A stretch of 64,000 bases of DNA from Desulfobacterales bacterium (GTDB lineage: Bacteria; Desulfobacterota; Desulfobacteria; Desulfobacterales; UBA5852), in contig CAXXVS010000003.1 in assembly GCA_963674755.2 (NCBI GenBank), positions 2,176,001-2,240,000 of the forward strand. The letters are read 5' to 3'. Both the position numbers and the translations under genes were made by a program. The notes under the pieces were generated by a model that searched no databases, was not told the DNA's origin, and saw only the letters and a program-made list of their open reading frames with translations. Below, piece by piece: positions 49,886 through 59,115 of this stretch. Position 1 is the first letter of the stretch; each line of letters begins with the position of its first letter.

Positions 49886-52549
49886 ATGCAAAAAGTCACA
49901 TTGAAGATTAACGGTTGCTCAAGGCAGGTGGTGGCCGATCAGGACATGGTGCTCCTGGATCTGCTGCGTGAGCATTTTCATCTGACAGGCACCAAGCAGT
50001 CCTGCGACCGCAAAGGGCAGTGCGGGGCCTGTACAGTGATTGTGAACGGCAAGGCGGTGCTGTCCTGCCTGACCAAGGTGGCCAAGCTCGACGGCGCGGA
50101 GGTCATCAGCGTGGAGGGGCTGGGCACGCCGGACAATCCCCACCTGATCCAGGAGGCCTTTGTGCTGGCGGGCGCGATCCAGTGCGGCTACTGCACGCCC
50201 GGCATGATCATGGCGGCCAAGGCGCTGTTGGACGGGAATCCGGATCCCACGGATGATGAGATCAAACACGGCCTGCGGCGCAATCTGTGCCGGTGTACGG
50301 GGTATGCCAAGCTCATCGATGCGGTGCGGCTGGCCGGCCGTTTCCTGCGAGGGGAGATCGCTCCCGCCGCGATCCGTCCCAAGGTCACCGATGCCAAGAT
50401 GGGGGTCTCCCACCCGCGGCCCTCGGCCCTGGCCAAGGCCTGCGGTACGGCCCCGTTCGCGGCCGACATCCAAATGCCCGGGGCCGCCGAGATCGCCGTG
50501 GTGCGAAGCCCCCATTTCCATGCGGCCATCAAATCCATCGACTGCACGGCGGCCGAGGCCATGCCCGGCGTGATCGGTACCCTGACGGCCAAGGATATCA
50601 AGGGCACCAACCGCCTGAAATACATTGTGGAGGACCGGCCGATTCTGTGCGAGGACCGCGTGCGCACCCTGGGCGACGCCGTGGCCGTGGTGGTGGCCGA
50701 GACCCGCGAGCAGGCCCAAGCCGCCGCCCAGGCGGTGAAGGTGGACTACGCGCCGCTGCCCGAACTGCGCAGTCCGGCCCAGGCCCTGGCGCCGGATGCG
50801 CCCCAGATCCATCCGGACCGGCCGAACCTGTGCTTCCGCCAGCCGGTGATCAAGGGGGACGCGGATGCCGCTTTCGCATCGGCCGCGGCCGTGGTGGAAC
50901 ACCGTTTCACCACCCAGATCAACCACCAGGCGCCCATGGAACCGGAAAACAGCGTCGCCTTCATGGAAGGCGAGGGCGAGGATGCCGAGCTGGTGGTCAT
51001 GGGGCGCAGCATCAACATCCACCTGCACATGGCCACCCTCCAGGCAGCCCTGGGATTCGAGAACATCCGTTATGAGGAAACCTTTTCCGGCGGTCAGTTC
51101 GGCATCAAGCTGGAGATCTTCACCGAGGGGATCGCCGCGGCCGCGGCCCTGAAGTTCAAGCAGCCGGTGCGCTACATCCCCAGCCTGGCCGAATCCATGC
51201 TGATCACCTCCAAGCGCCACCCCTTCGACATGCAGATCAAACTGGGGGCCGACACCGACGGGAAGATTACGGCGCTATCCATGGATATCACCGTGGACAA
51301 CGGGGCCTATCACTCCATTGGCAACGTGATCATCAACCGCGCCTTGCACATGCTCTCCAGCTCTTACTACATTCCCAACATCAAGGTGGCCTCGCAGCTG
51401 GTCTACACCAACAACCCGTGGGGCAGCGCGGCCCGCGGGGCCGGTCCGCCCCAGGCGCACTACGCCCTGGAATGCGCGGTGGACATGCTGGCGGAAAAAC
51501 TGGCCATGGACCCGTTGGCCCTGCGCAAACGCAATTCACTCCAACCGGGACAGACCAAGGCCACCGGTCATGTGATCGATGAGTGGGCCTTCGAAGGATT
51601 ATGTGAGGCGATCCAACCCGCTTACGCGCGTGCCGTGGCCGATGCGGCCCAGGCTGCTGACGGGCCGCTCAAACGCGGTATCGGCCTGGGGGCGGCGGCC
51701 TTTGGCATTGCCTTTCCGGGGGACAAGTCCATCAGCGCGGTGGAACTGGAGCCCGACGATGGCGTGACGGTCTATGCCGCCGCGGCCGACCCCGGGGAGG
51801 GCAACGATGCCATGCTCACCCAGCTGGCCGCCCAGGTGCTGGACTTGCCCCTGGACCGGGTGCGGGCCGACACCCGCCGCACCGACCGTACGGCCGCCAG
51901 CGGGCCGGCCTCGGGCAGCCGGGTGACCTTCATGATCGGCGGGGCCACGGTGGATGCTTTAAAGCAGCTCCGGCAGGCCATGGACGAAGTGGGGGCCAAG
52001 ACCCATGCAGCCTTTGTGGCCGCCGGCCGGCCGACGCGCTATGTGGGGCATAAAGCGGTGACGAATACCGCGCCCCTGGATCCGGAGACCGGGCAAGGCC
52101 CCTCCTCGGACTCGGACGTGCACGCCATTCAGCTGGCCGAGGTGGAGGTGAACACCGAAAGCGGCGAGGTGCGGGTGTTGAAGATGACCGCGGCGGTGGA
52201 CGCCGGTCCGGTCATCAACCCCAACAACCTTGAGGGGCAGATGCAAGGCGGCATGGACATGGGGGTGGGCTATGCCCTGCGGGAGAAGTATATTGCCGGA
52301 GAGACCACGGATTGGCGTACCTTCCGCTTCCCGACCATGAAGACCGCCTTCGATACGGCCGTGATCACCCGGGAGACGCCGCGCAAGAGGGGTACCTTGG
52401 GATCCACCGGCGTCGGCGAGATGGCCATGGTCTCCACGGCGCCGGCCGTGATCAACGCCATTTACAACGCCTGCGGGGTCTGGATCAGCGATCTGCCCGC
52501 CACGCCGGACAAGATCAAAGCCGCTCTACAGGCCCGCGGAAAGGGATGA
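49886..52549 (+). CDS. Molybdopterin aldehyde oxidoreductase, Mop type (two 2Fe-2S clusters plus Moco domains, no FAD domain)
   Basis: TKQSC..GQCGACTV, QCGYCTPG, NLCRCTGY, EGQMQGG, catalytic GVGE. Confidence 0.92.
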   Translation: MQKVTLKINGCSRQVVADQDMVLLDLLREHFHLTGTKQSCDRKGQCGACTVIVNGKAVLSCLTKVAKLDGAEVISVEGLGTPDNPHLIQEAFVLAGAIQCGYCTPGMIMAAKALLDGNPDPTDDEIKHGLRRNLCRCTGYAKLIDAVRLAGRFLRGEIAPAAIRPKVTDAKMGVSHPRPSALAKACGTAPFAADIQMPGAAEIAVVRSPHFHAAIKSIDCTAAEAMPGVIGTLTAKDIKGTNRLKYIVEDRPILCEDRVRTLGDAVAVVVAETREQAQAAAQAVKVDYAPLPELRSPAQALAPDAPQIHPDRPNLCFRQPVIKGDADAAFASAAAVVEHRFTTQINHQAPMEPENSVAFMEGEGEDAELVVMGRSINIHLHMATLQAALGFENIRYEETFSGGQFGIKLEIFTEGIAAAAALKFKQPVRYIPSLAESMLITSKRHPFDMQIKLGADTDGKITALSMDITVDNGAYHSIGNVIINRALHMLSSSYYIPNIKVASQLVYTNNPWGSAARGAGPPQAHYALECAVDMLAEKLAMDPLALRKRNSLQPGQTKATGHVIDEWAFEGLCEAIQPAYARAVADAAQAADGPLKRGIGLGAAAFGIAFPGDKSISAVELEPDDGVTVYAAAADPGEGNDAMLTQLAAQVLDLPLDRVRADTRRTDRTAASGPASGSRVTFMIGGATVDALKQLRQAMDEVGAKTHAAFVAAGRPTRYVGHKAVTNTAPLDPETGQGPSSDSDVHAIQLAEVEVNTESGEVRVLKMTAAVDAGPVINPNNLEGQMQGGMDMGVGYALREKYIAGETTDWRTFRFPTMKTAFDTAVITRETPRKRGTLGSTGVGEMAMVSTAPAVINAIYNACGVWISDLPATPDKIKAALQARGKG

Positions 52550-52912
52550 ATGCACGCCGACGACCAGGGCCCTCCGGCCGATCAGGGACGGGACCGGCGG
52601 CTGCGCCGCATTGCCGGGCAGGACGTCTACGTCGACTGGGAGGATTTCCTGTGGGACCCCCAGGATTGGAGTGAGGCGATGGCCCTGGCCCTGGCCCGCG
52701 AGAGCGGGATGGACGGCCTCGACGACGCCCACTGGCGGGTGATCCGGTTCATGCGCGGGTTTTACTTTTATCATGGCCGGGCGCCCATGAACAAAGACCT
52801 GCGTAAAGGCACCGGGATGAGCCTGATGGCCCTGAAGGCCTTGTTTCCCCAGGGGATCCGCCAAGGTGCCCGGCGTCTGGCGGGGCTGCCCAATCCCAAG
52901 GCCTGTCTCTGA
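52550..52912 (+). CDS. TusE/DsrC-family sulfur-relay protein (single C-terminal Cys)
   Basis: DWSEAMA.ALA, HWRVIRFMR, LFP.G...RLAGLPNPKACL. Confidence 0.88.
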   Translation: MHADDQGPPADQGRDRRLRRIAGQDVYVDWEDFLWDPQDWSEAMALALARESGMDGLDDAHWRVIRFMRGFYFYHGRAPMNKDLRKGTGMSLMALKALFPQGIRQGARRLAGLPNPKACL

Positions 52913-53010
52913 GCCTGGCCACCCAAGGCCGGTGGATGCCAGGAAAGAGGGTGCTTCGCCCGGGACGCTCCGGTCCGGGGGACATCAAGGCACGCAAGAG
53001 GGGAACACGT

Positions 53011-54153
53011 GTGATTTATCTGGACAATGCGGCCACCACCTTTCCCAAGCCCCGTGGTCTGCTGGACCGGATGGTGGCGGACTATGCCGCGATCGGTGTT
53101 TCGCCGGGCCGGGGCAGCTATGATATGGCCATGGCCGCCGAGGATGTGATCCACGCCGCGCGTACCAAGTTGGCCGCCTTTTTTGGCGCGCCTGATCCCC
53201 GACACGTGATTTTTACGTCCAATGCCACAGACGCTTTGAACCTGGCCCTGATGGGCTCCCTCAAGGCCGGCGACCACGTCGTCACCACCCGCCTGGAGCA
53301 CAACGCCGTGCTGCGGCCCCTATATCACCTGCAGCGGAAGGGCGACATCACCCTGAGCCTCGTGCCCTTCGGCGGTAAGGGCTTCATCGATCCGGACGAC
53401 ATTGCCCGGGCCATCCGGCCGGAAACCCGGCTGGTGGTGGTCAATCATGCCTCCAATGTGCTGGGAACGGTTCAGCCGGTGGCAGCCGTGGGCGCGATCT
53501 GCGCGGAACGCGGGGTGGCCCTGTTGGTGGATGCCTCCCAGAGCGCCGGTCAGGTGCCCGTTGACATGGCGGCCTTGCAGGCTTCGGCCGTGGCCTTCAC
53601 CGGCCACAAATCCCTCTACGGACCGACCGGCACCGGTGGATTGATCCTGCACCCGGATTTCGAGGTGCGCTCCACGCGTTTCGGGGGGACCGGCATCGAA
53701 TCCCGCAGCCCGGTCCATACCCAGGATTTCCCCTACCGTCTGGAAGCCGGCACCTCCAACCTGATGGGGATCATCGGCCTTGCCCTGGCTGTCGATGATC
53801 TGCTCGATACAGGTTTGGAGGCCATACGCCGGCAGGAGATGGCCCTGACCCGCCGGCTGGTGGAAGGGCTGCGTCGCCTGGAGGGGGTCCGGTTATACGG
53901 CGCCGAAGACCTGGATTACCATCTGGCCGTCATCGCGGCCAATGTCGACGGGATCGCGCCGGAGGACGTGGGGGCCATTCTCGATGCGGACTTCGACATT
54001 GCTGTACGGGTGGGGCTGCACTGTGCGCCCCTGGTGCACCAGGATTTGGGAACCGAGGCGCAGGGGGCCGTACGGTTTAGCCTGGGACGGTATAATACGG
54101 CCGGCGACATCGGCTACACCATCGACGCCATGGCCCAGATCGCACGGTCGTAA
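53011..54153 (+). CDS. Cysteine desulfurase (class V PLP enzyme)
   Basis: YLDNAATT, EHNAV, HASNV, DASQSAG, TGHKSLYGP, catalytic RVGLHCAP. Confidence 0.93.
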   Translation: MIYLDNAATTFPKPRGLLDRMVADYAAIGVSPGRGSYDMAMAAEDVIHAARTKLAAFFGAPDPRHVIFTSNATDALNLALMGSLKAGDHVVTTRLEHNAVLRPLYHLQRKGDITLSLVPFGGKGFIDPDDIARAIRPETRLVVVNHASNVLGTVQPVAAVGAICAERGVALLVDASQSAGQVPVDMAALQASAVAFTGHKSLYGPTGTGGLILHPDFEVRSTRFGGTGIESRSPVHTQDFPYRLEAGTSNLMGIIGLALAVDDLLDTGLEAIRRQEMALTRRLVEGLRRLEGVRLYGAEDLDYHLAVIAANVDGIAPEDVGAILDADFDIAVRVGLHCAPLVHQDLGTEAQGAVRFSLGRYNTAGDIGYTIDAMAQIARS

Positions 54154-54265
54154 GCGGCTAACGCGGTAAACGATCCTATCATCGTAGCGCAGCCGCATTC
54201 CTACGGCAAGCGGGCCCTGTCGGGCGGCCCGGCCTTTCAGCGGCCCGGATTCCGCATCAGAGATC

Positions 54266-54781
54266 TTACGCCGATCGGCCCCCGCCTTTCGCGTCCCTCG
54301 GCAGGGGAACCACCAGCACGGGCCGCTGGGCCCGGCGCAGGACCCGGCGGGCCACGCTGCCCATGAAGGTATTCTCCAGGGCGCCCTTGCCGTGGGTGCC
54401 CATGACGATCAGGTCGCAGTCCTCATCACGGGCCTCCTTAAGAATTTCTTCGGCGGGGAACCCCTCCCGCACCTCAATCTTCTCCACCCGGGCCATCAGA
54501 TCCGGATCGAAGCGGCATTCATCTTGGCACATCTGATCCAGCCGTTGGCGAATCTGTTCGATATAGTAGACAATCTGTTTTTCATTCCGAGCCTTCATTT
54601 CGGTATGCTCCATGATCGAGGAGAGCAGGGCGTAAGTAGTGGGTGAAGGCGCCTCCACCACGTGCAGGATGGTCATGCGGGCGTTGTTCTGGCGCGCGAT
54701 TTTGCTGGCATAGCGCATGGCGTGGGCCGAATTGGGGGATAGATCGGTGGCATAGAGGATGTGCTGAATTTCCGGCGGCAT
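54266..54781 (-). CDS. Universal stress protein
   Basis: ILYATDLS, DLIVMGTHG, GSVARRVL...PVLVVP; RBS AAGGAG. Confidence 0.93.
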   Translation of the reverse strand: MPPEIQHILYATDLSPNSAHAMRYASKIARQNNARMTILHVVEAPSPTTYALLSSIMEHTEMKARNEKQIVYYIEQIRQRLDQMCQDECRFDPDLMARVEKIEVREGFPAEEILKEARDEDCDLIVMGTHGKGALENTFMGSVARRVLRRAQRPVLVVPLPRDAKGGGRSA

Positions 54782-54945
54782 GGCGGGTCTCCTTTGCAGT
54801 GGGGGTTCCGTATGCGTCCGGCAGAAAACCGCGGCGCAGGGCAGAACCGCTGTGGCTGCTTTCAAATTAAGACGCCGCGGATTGGTTGGCAACGCCTGGA
54901 AGGGTGCGGGCAGCGCCTTCCGGGCCGGCCGGCGGAAACAACTCC

Positions 54946-55803
54946 CTATACGCCTATTTTTTGAAACGCCGCGCCCACATAATCGGCAAAACAGGCGGCC
55001 ACTTCATTTCCGGCGGAGGGTCCCTGGTGGAGGCTGACCTCGGAAACCGGCAGGAGAGGAAAGCCCTCTTCGGGCGCCAGAATGCGAAGACTTTCATTCA
55101 GTGTGCTGCGTCCGATGGGGGCCACTGCCAGTCCGGCGCGCACCGCGGCCTGGATGCCGGCCATGCTGGGGCTGACAAAGGCGATCCAGCAGGCGCGCTG
55201 TTCCCTCTGCAGCGCTTCCAGGGCCCATTGCCGGTATGAGCAGCCCTCGTCGTAGACGGCCAGGGGCAGCGGGTCCAGCATGTGGGCCCGGCCGGTGCGG
55301 GCCGTGGCCCACACCACGGCTTCACGGTGCACCACACGGCCGCCCGTGGCGACACCTTCCAGGAGGCAGAGATCCAGATCATCGCGCTGCAGCAACTGAT
55401 ATAGGCGATGTCCGGGCGCACTCCGAATTTCCACCCGGATGCGGGGGTAGGCCTTTCTGAAATCCGACAATATTGACGGCAGGAAGCGGGCGGCATAGTC
55501 CTCGGCGCAGCCGAAGCGGAGGCGGCCCACCAGTTCGGGCTGCGCAAAGGCGGCCACGGCGGCGTTGTGGGCCGCCAGGATGTGATGGGCGTGCTCCTGC
55601 AGCATTTCGCCCGCCGGGGTCAAGTGAAAGCGGCGGCCGTTTTTCTGGAACAGGGGGCGATCGACGATCTCCTCAAGCCGTTTCATCTGCATGCTCACCG
55701 CAGACTGGGTGATGTGCAGGATTTCGCCCGCCCGGGTGAAGCTGTTGGCCTCGGCCACCGTGGCAAAGGTCCGAAGCAGGGCGATGGGCAGTTCGGTATT
55801 CAT
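54946..55803 (-). CDS. LysR-family regulator (LrhA-like)
   Basis: SFTRAG..LHITQSAVSMQMKRLE, LRFGCAEDYA. Confidence 0.95.
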   Translation of the reverse strand: MNTELPIALLRTFATVAEANSFTRAGEILHITQSAVSMQMKRLEEIVDRPLFQKNGRRFHLTPAGEMLQEHAHHILAAHNAAVAAFAQPELVGRLRFGCAEDYAARFLPSILSDFRKAYPRIRVEIRSAPGHRLYQLLQRDDLDLCLLEGVATGGRVVHREAVVWATARTGRAHMLDPLPLAVYDEGCSYRQWALEALQREQRACWIAFVSPSMAGIQAAVRAGLAVAPIGRSTLNESLRILAPEEGFPLLPVSEVSLHQGPSAGNEVAACFADYVGAAFQKIGV

Positions 55804-55957
55804 CAATATTCCTTATTCAAACCATCAAAACAATTCATTTGTCTTATGGATAGCCCTATCTTATCTTCGGGTTCAGATCAAGGGGGAAAGCGATCCTCCT
55901 CGAGAAGGTCATGGGCCTGGCCCGATGGAAAGACGAGGCCCGGAAAGGGAGTCGAGC

Positions 55958-56203
55958 ATGAAAGATACCATTCGCAAAGACGATTTCAACCCCATATGGT
56001 CCGCCCTCCGGCTGCCAGGCTCGGGATGGGTTTCCGAACTGTTGACCGGCCATCTCGCCCGATCCAACCGGATCACACCGCGATCAAGACGAAACCTGAA
56101 GGTCACCAAAGGCAGGGCTGCCGACAGTCGCCGGACGACTTGCCAGGACAGATCGCAGCGACCCGAGCTTTGCGCCTGTTGCGCCGCCGCCAGCTGCTCT
56201 TGA
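55958..56203 (+). CDS. Possible small protein with Cys-rich C-terminus
   Basis: RBS-like AAGGGAG; 81 aa ending CACCAAASCS; divergent from LysR. No family recognised. Confidence 0.35.
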   Translation: MKDTIRKDDFNPIWSALRLPGSGWVSELLTGHLARSNRITPRSRRNLKVTKGRAADSRRTTCQDRSQRPELCACCAAASCS

Positions 56204-56298
56204 ACCGGATCGGGAACAGGGTCAGGATTGACAAGGGCGAGGGCGGTAAAAGTCCGGCAAGGCCCATGGATAATCTTCAAACAGATAAGGAGCACAGA

Positions 56299-56637
56299 AT
56301 GACCGCAACGGAAGACCTGGAGGAAATCCGAGAACAATTCCTGGACTTTTTTGAGCTTGTTCCGGAAACCGGCGCCAAGTTCCGCGACCACTACGAGCAT
56401 ATTTATCGGGACGGCCTCTTCGATGCCAAAACCAAACGGCTGATGGCGTTGTGCGGGGGCATCATTGCGGGGTGTAAAGGGTGCATTCTGGGGCAGACGG
56501 ACCATGCCCTAAAACAAGGCGCCACCGCTGCCGAGACCCTGGAAGTCTGCACGGTGGCGATCTCCTTAGGGGGGACCCTGGCCGGGTCGCAGATTGCAAT
56601 GGTGGTCGCCTTTCTCAAAGAAAAGCAGATGATTTAG
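56299..56637 (+). CDS. Carboxymuconolactone decarboxylase/AhpD-like protein
   Basis: DAKTKRLMAL...GCKGC...GAT.AE..EV..VA..LGG; RBS AAGGAG. Confidence 0.88.
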   Translation: MTATEDLEEIREQFLDFFELVPETGAKFRDHYEHIYRDGLFDAKTKRLMALCGGIIAGCKGCILGQTDHALKQGATAAETLEVCTVAISLGGTLAGSQIAMVVAFLKEKQMI

Positions 56638-56746
56638 TGCGAAGCCGCCTGAAGGGATTTATGAAAGCGTCTGTGAGTGTTCACACCCGAAAGCGCTCCA
56701 TAAAAGGAAATTTGGCGTTTGCCGCAAGGAAACGATAGGCATGCCG

Positions 56747-56774
56747 GAGAAGGGGGCCTTGAAGCCCCCTTCTC
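56747..56774. terminator. Hairpin between convergent genes
   Basis: GAGAAGGGGGC / GCCCCCTTCTC stem. Confidence 0.55.
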
Positions 56775-56859
56775 TCCACTTATTCTGACGCTGCTATATC
56801 TTCCCCCAGAGGATGGTCGGTGTTATCCCGCTTGGTGAAAGACGGCCCAGCGGCGCCGA

Positions 56860-57621
56860 TCAGCTGCAGTCACCAGGGCCGTTGCCGGTCCCGTCGGCCG
56901 GTCCGTCGCCGTCATTGCCTGTTCCGTCTCCGGGGCCATAGCCGCCATTCGTACCGGAACCGCTGTTGCCATTGCCTGCTGTACCGGCGCCATTGCCGGT
57001 GCCGTCGGAAGGCCCGTCACCATCGTTGCCGGTGCCATCGCCCGGGCCATAGCCGCCGTTGTCGCCACTGCCCGCATTTCCATTGGCGGCCAGGAGGAGA
57101 GAATTTGCGACACCTACGGCGCCGCAGTCACCCGGTCCGCTGCCGGTGCCGTCGGCCGGCCCGTCACCATCATCGCCGGTGCCGTCGCCCGGGCCATAGC
57201 CGCCGTTGTCGCCACTGCCCGCATTTCCATTGGCGGCCAGGAGGAGAGAGCTCGCGGCTCCCACGACACTGCAGTCACCCGGTCCGTTGCCTGTTCCGTC
57301 GGCCGGCCCGTCACCATCATCGCCGGTGCCGTCGCCCGGGCCATAGCCGCCGTTGTCGCCACTGCCCGCATTTCCATTGGCGGCCAGGAGGAGAGAGCTC
57401 GCGGCTCCCACGACACTGCAGTCACCCGTTCCATTGCCGGATCCGTCAGCCGGTCCGTCGCCGTCATTGCCTGTTCCGTCACCCGGGCCGTAGCCGCCGT
57501 TCTGAGCCAGAAGGGCAGTAGCGCCGTGATCGGCGACCGCATTGTCTGACCCCCAGGCGGGCATGCATAAAAATCCGATTGCCAATACCACAACGCTCAT
57601 CTTCAGAAATTCTTTCAACAT
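56860..57621 (-). CDS. Secreted Gly/Asp-rich tandem-repeat protein
   Basis: Signal peptide, then five NGGYGPGDGTG(N/D)DGDGP(A/S)DG(S/T)G(N/S)G units. Confidence 0.8.
   Translation of the reverse strand: MLKEFLKMSVVVLAIGFLCMPAWGSDNAVADHGATALLAQNGGYGPGDGTGNDGDGPADGSGNGTGDCSVVGAASSLLLAANGNAGSGDNGGYGPGDGTGDDGDGPADGTGNGPGDCSVVGAASSLLLAANGNAGSGDNGGYGPGDGTGDDGDGPADGTGSGPGDCGAVGVANSLLLAANGNAGSGDNGGYGPGDGTGNDGDGPSDGTGNGAGTAGNGNSGSGTNGGYGPGDGTGNDGDGPADGTGNGPGDCS
56985..57500 (-). repeat. 147-bp (49-codon) coding tandem repeat
   Basis: GCCATAGCCGCCGTTGTCGCCACTGCCCGCATTTCCATTGGCGGCCAGGAGGAGAGA starts at 57046, 57193 and 57340 (period 147); array edges approximate. Confidence 0.9.
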
Positions 57622-58091
57622 GGTCATTCCTTTCGCTTGCTGCTAGATAGATAAAAATGTGTGAGAACCTCACACAGGCGGTTGACGATAAATGTAAGAT
57701 GGGCCGCGGGAGATGCTGAAACGACTTCCGGCCTCATAAGGGCTGTAAATATGGTCATGGACGTCATTAGGTGGGAAGACCGCACCAAAATCATTTACTG
57801 CTACAACGCGATTTCTTCTGGAAGGTTACAAGTTTTTTTCACTAGTCATATGGCAGAAGAAAATCATTCCTCGGATGGTGAGCGGCTAGGCCGCAGGACG
57901 CCAGCGCCACGTGCCCGCGCCACGTAATGGATCGGTTGAAGGCGTTGTGGGACACCAAAGCCCTTTGGTGAACCTGATCGTCGGGAGCAATGGCGCCATA
58001 TCGGTCCAAGACGTTCAGATCCGTTTCAATTGTCTTCGGGCGGGCAGATATATGGGAAATGGTCAATCCGGCACGGCGCCGAAATAAGCGA

Positions 58092-58119
58092 TCGGGGAGA
58101 AGCCCGGGCTTCTCCCCGA
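58092..58119. repeat. 28-bp perfect palindrome
   Basis: TCGGGGAGAAGCCCGGGCTTCTCCCCGA. Confidence 0.8.
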
Positions 58120-58125
58120 AGAGCC

Positions 58126-58230
58126 TTAACAGGCCATGGATAAACGGCGCCTCAGGCCGAAATGCGGCGTTGTCTCGCGCAGCGGACGGCGCCTCCCCCT
58201 TCGACCTGTTGGTTATCCACAGCCTGTTAA
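58126..58230. mobile_element. MITE-like 105-bp element with 18-bp terminal inverted repeats
   Basis: TTAACAGGCCATGGATAA ... TTATCCACAGCCTGTTAA (16/18 match), TTAA at both ends, no ORF. Confidence 0.45.
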
Positions 58231-58259
58231 AGCGGACTTTTCAGTCCGATTGGCATCGA

Positions 58260-58559
58260 CTAGGGGGTGAAAGGAAGAATTTCGGTGATGGTCAAGGTTC
58301 GCTGGCCGTCCTGTTCCAGGACGGTGCCTTTGATTTCGATCTTCTGCCGGGGCATGTCCAGCAACTCGGCGGTCTTCTCATTGATGGCCAGATCGTAAGC
58401 CTGGCCGGCCTCATCGACAAACTGATTGCCTGCATTCAAAGCCCCTGACAATTGGACTTCGGTTTCAGCCGTGTGCTGATCGCCGGCGCATGAGATACCG
58501 GTGAGAAGCATCAGGGCGGTCATCAGAACGATCAAGCCAAGTGAAATGTTTCGTTCCAT
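58260..58559 (-). CDS. Small putative lipoprotein, possibly OB-fold
   Basis: Signal peptide with lipobox-like GISC; beta-strand pattern KIEIKGTV...TLTITEI; RBS AAGGAAG. Confidence 0.7.
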   Translation of the reverse strand: MERNISLGLIVLMTALMLLTGISCAGDQHTAETEVQLSGALNAGNQFVDEAGQAYDLAINEKTAELLDMPRQKIEIKGTVLEQDGQRTLTITEILPFTP

Positions 58560-59115
58560 ACTTCCTTTCCTTTCTCCTTTTTCAGCAGTTGACGGTTCCG
58601 GACGCGATGAATGGTTTTTGGGGATGATGGCATCCGGAGCCATGATCGACACGGGACCCATTCCTTACAAGAGGCATGCCAGGAGATTCAAAGAGAAGAT
58701 AAAATGGGAAGAAGAAAAGCAAAGAAGAAAATAACTGCCCGATACGTTTGGTTTTATACCCGAAGCGAACAACAGCAGGTGCTCGTGCTGGAGATTGTTT
58801 TGGTTGCGGCCATCGTCTCAGCGGCAAGCTTTTCCCCCGCCTGCTGAAGGGTCCTCCCTACACCCCTGTATAGCAAAGATCACAAAAGGAATTAGCGAAC
58901 AGGATGTCCGTTCTTTTACCGCCTAATTGGGAAAATATTTGCCCAATATGATAAGAAAGCGGTGTTGTCCAACTTTATGCACGCGAAATAAAACAACAAA
59001 ATCAAATACATAAAATAAATTCAGCGCAAAGGATGGTTGGCGCGTTTTTTGAACTCACAGCCTATAGAAAGGATAGTGCGCCATGCCTCAGTGGCGCCAG
59101 GGATGACGATACGCT

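Noticed and set aside
52550..52912. True dsrC
   Set aside because: Lacks the second conserved Cys and has no dsr gene context.
56201..56203. Selenocysteine read-through at TGA stops after Cys-rich tails (also 16974 and 52910)
   Set aside because: No recognisable SECIS hairpin, and the GNAT and TusE proteins already end at family-typical positions.
56985..57500. Tandem repeats as a CRISPR array
   Set aside because: Units are 147 bp, in frame within a signal-peptide ORF, have no unique spacers, and no cas genes are present.
58213..58221. DnaA box TTATCCACA as an origin signal
   Set aside because: Single copy, part of an inverted-repeat end, with no box cluster or origin-linked genes.
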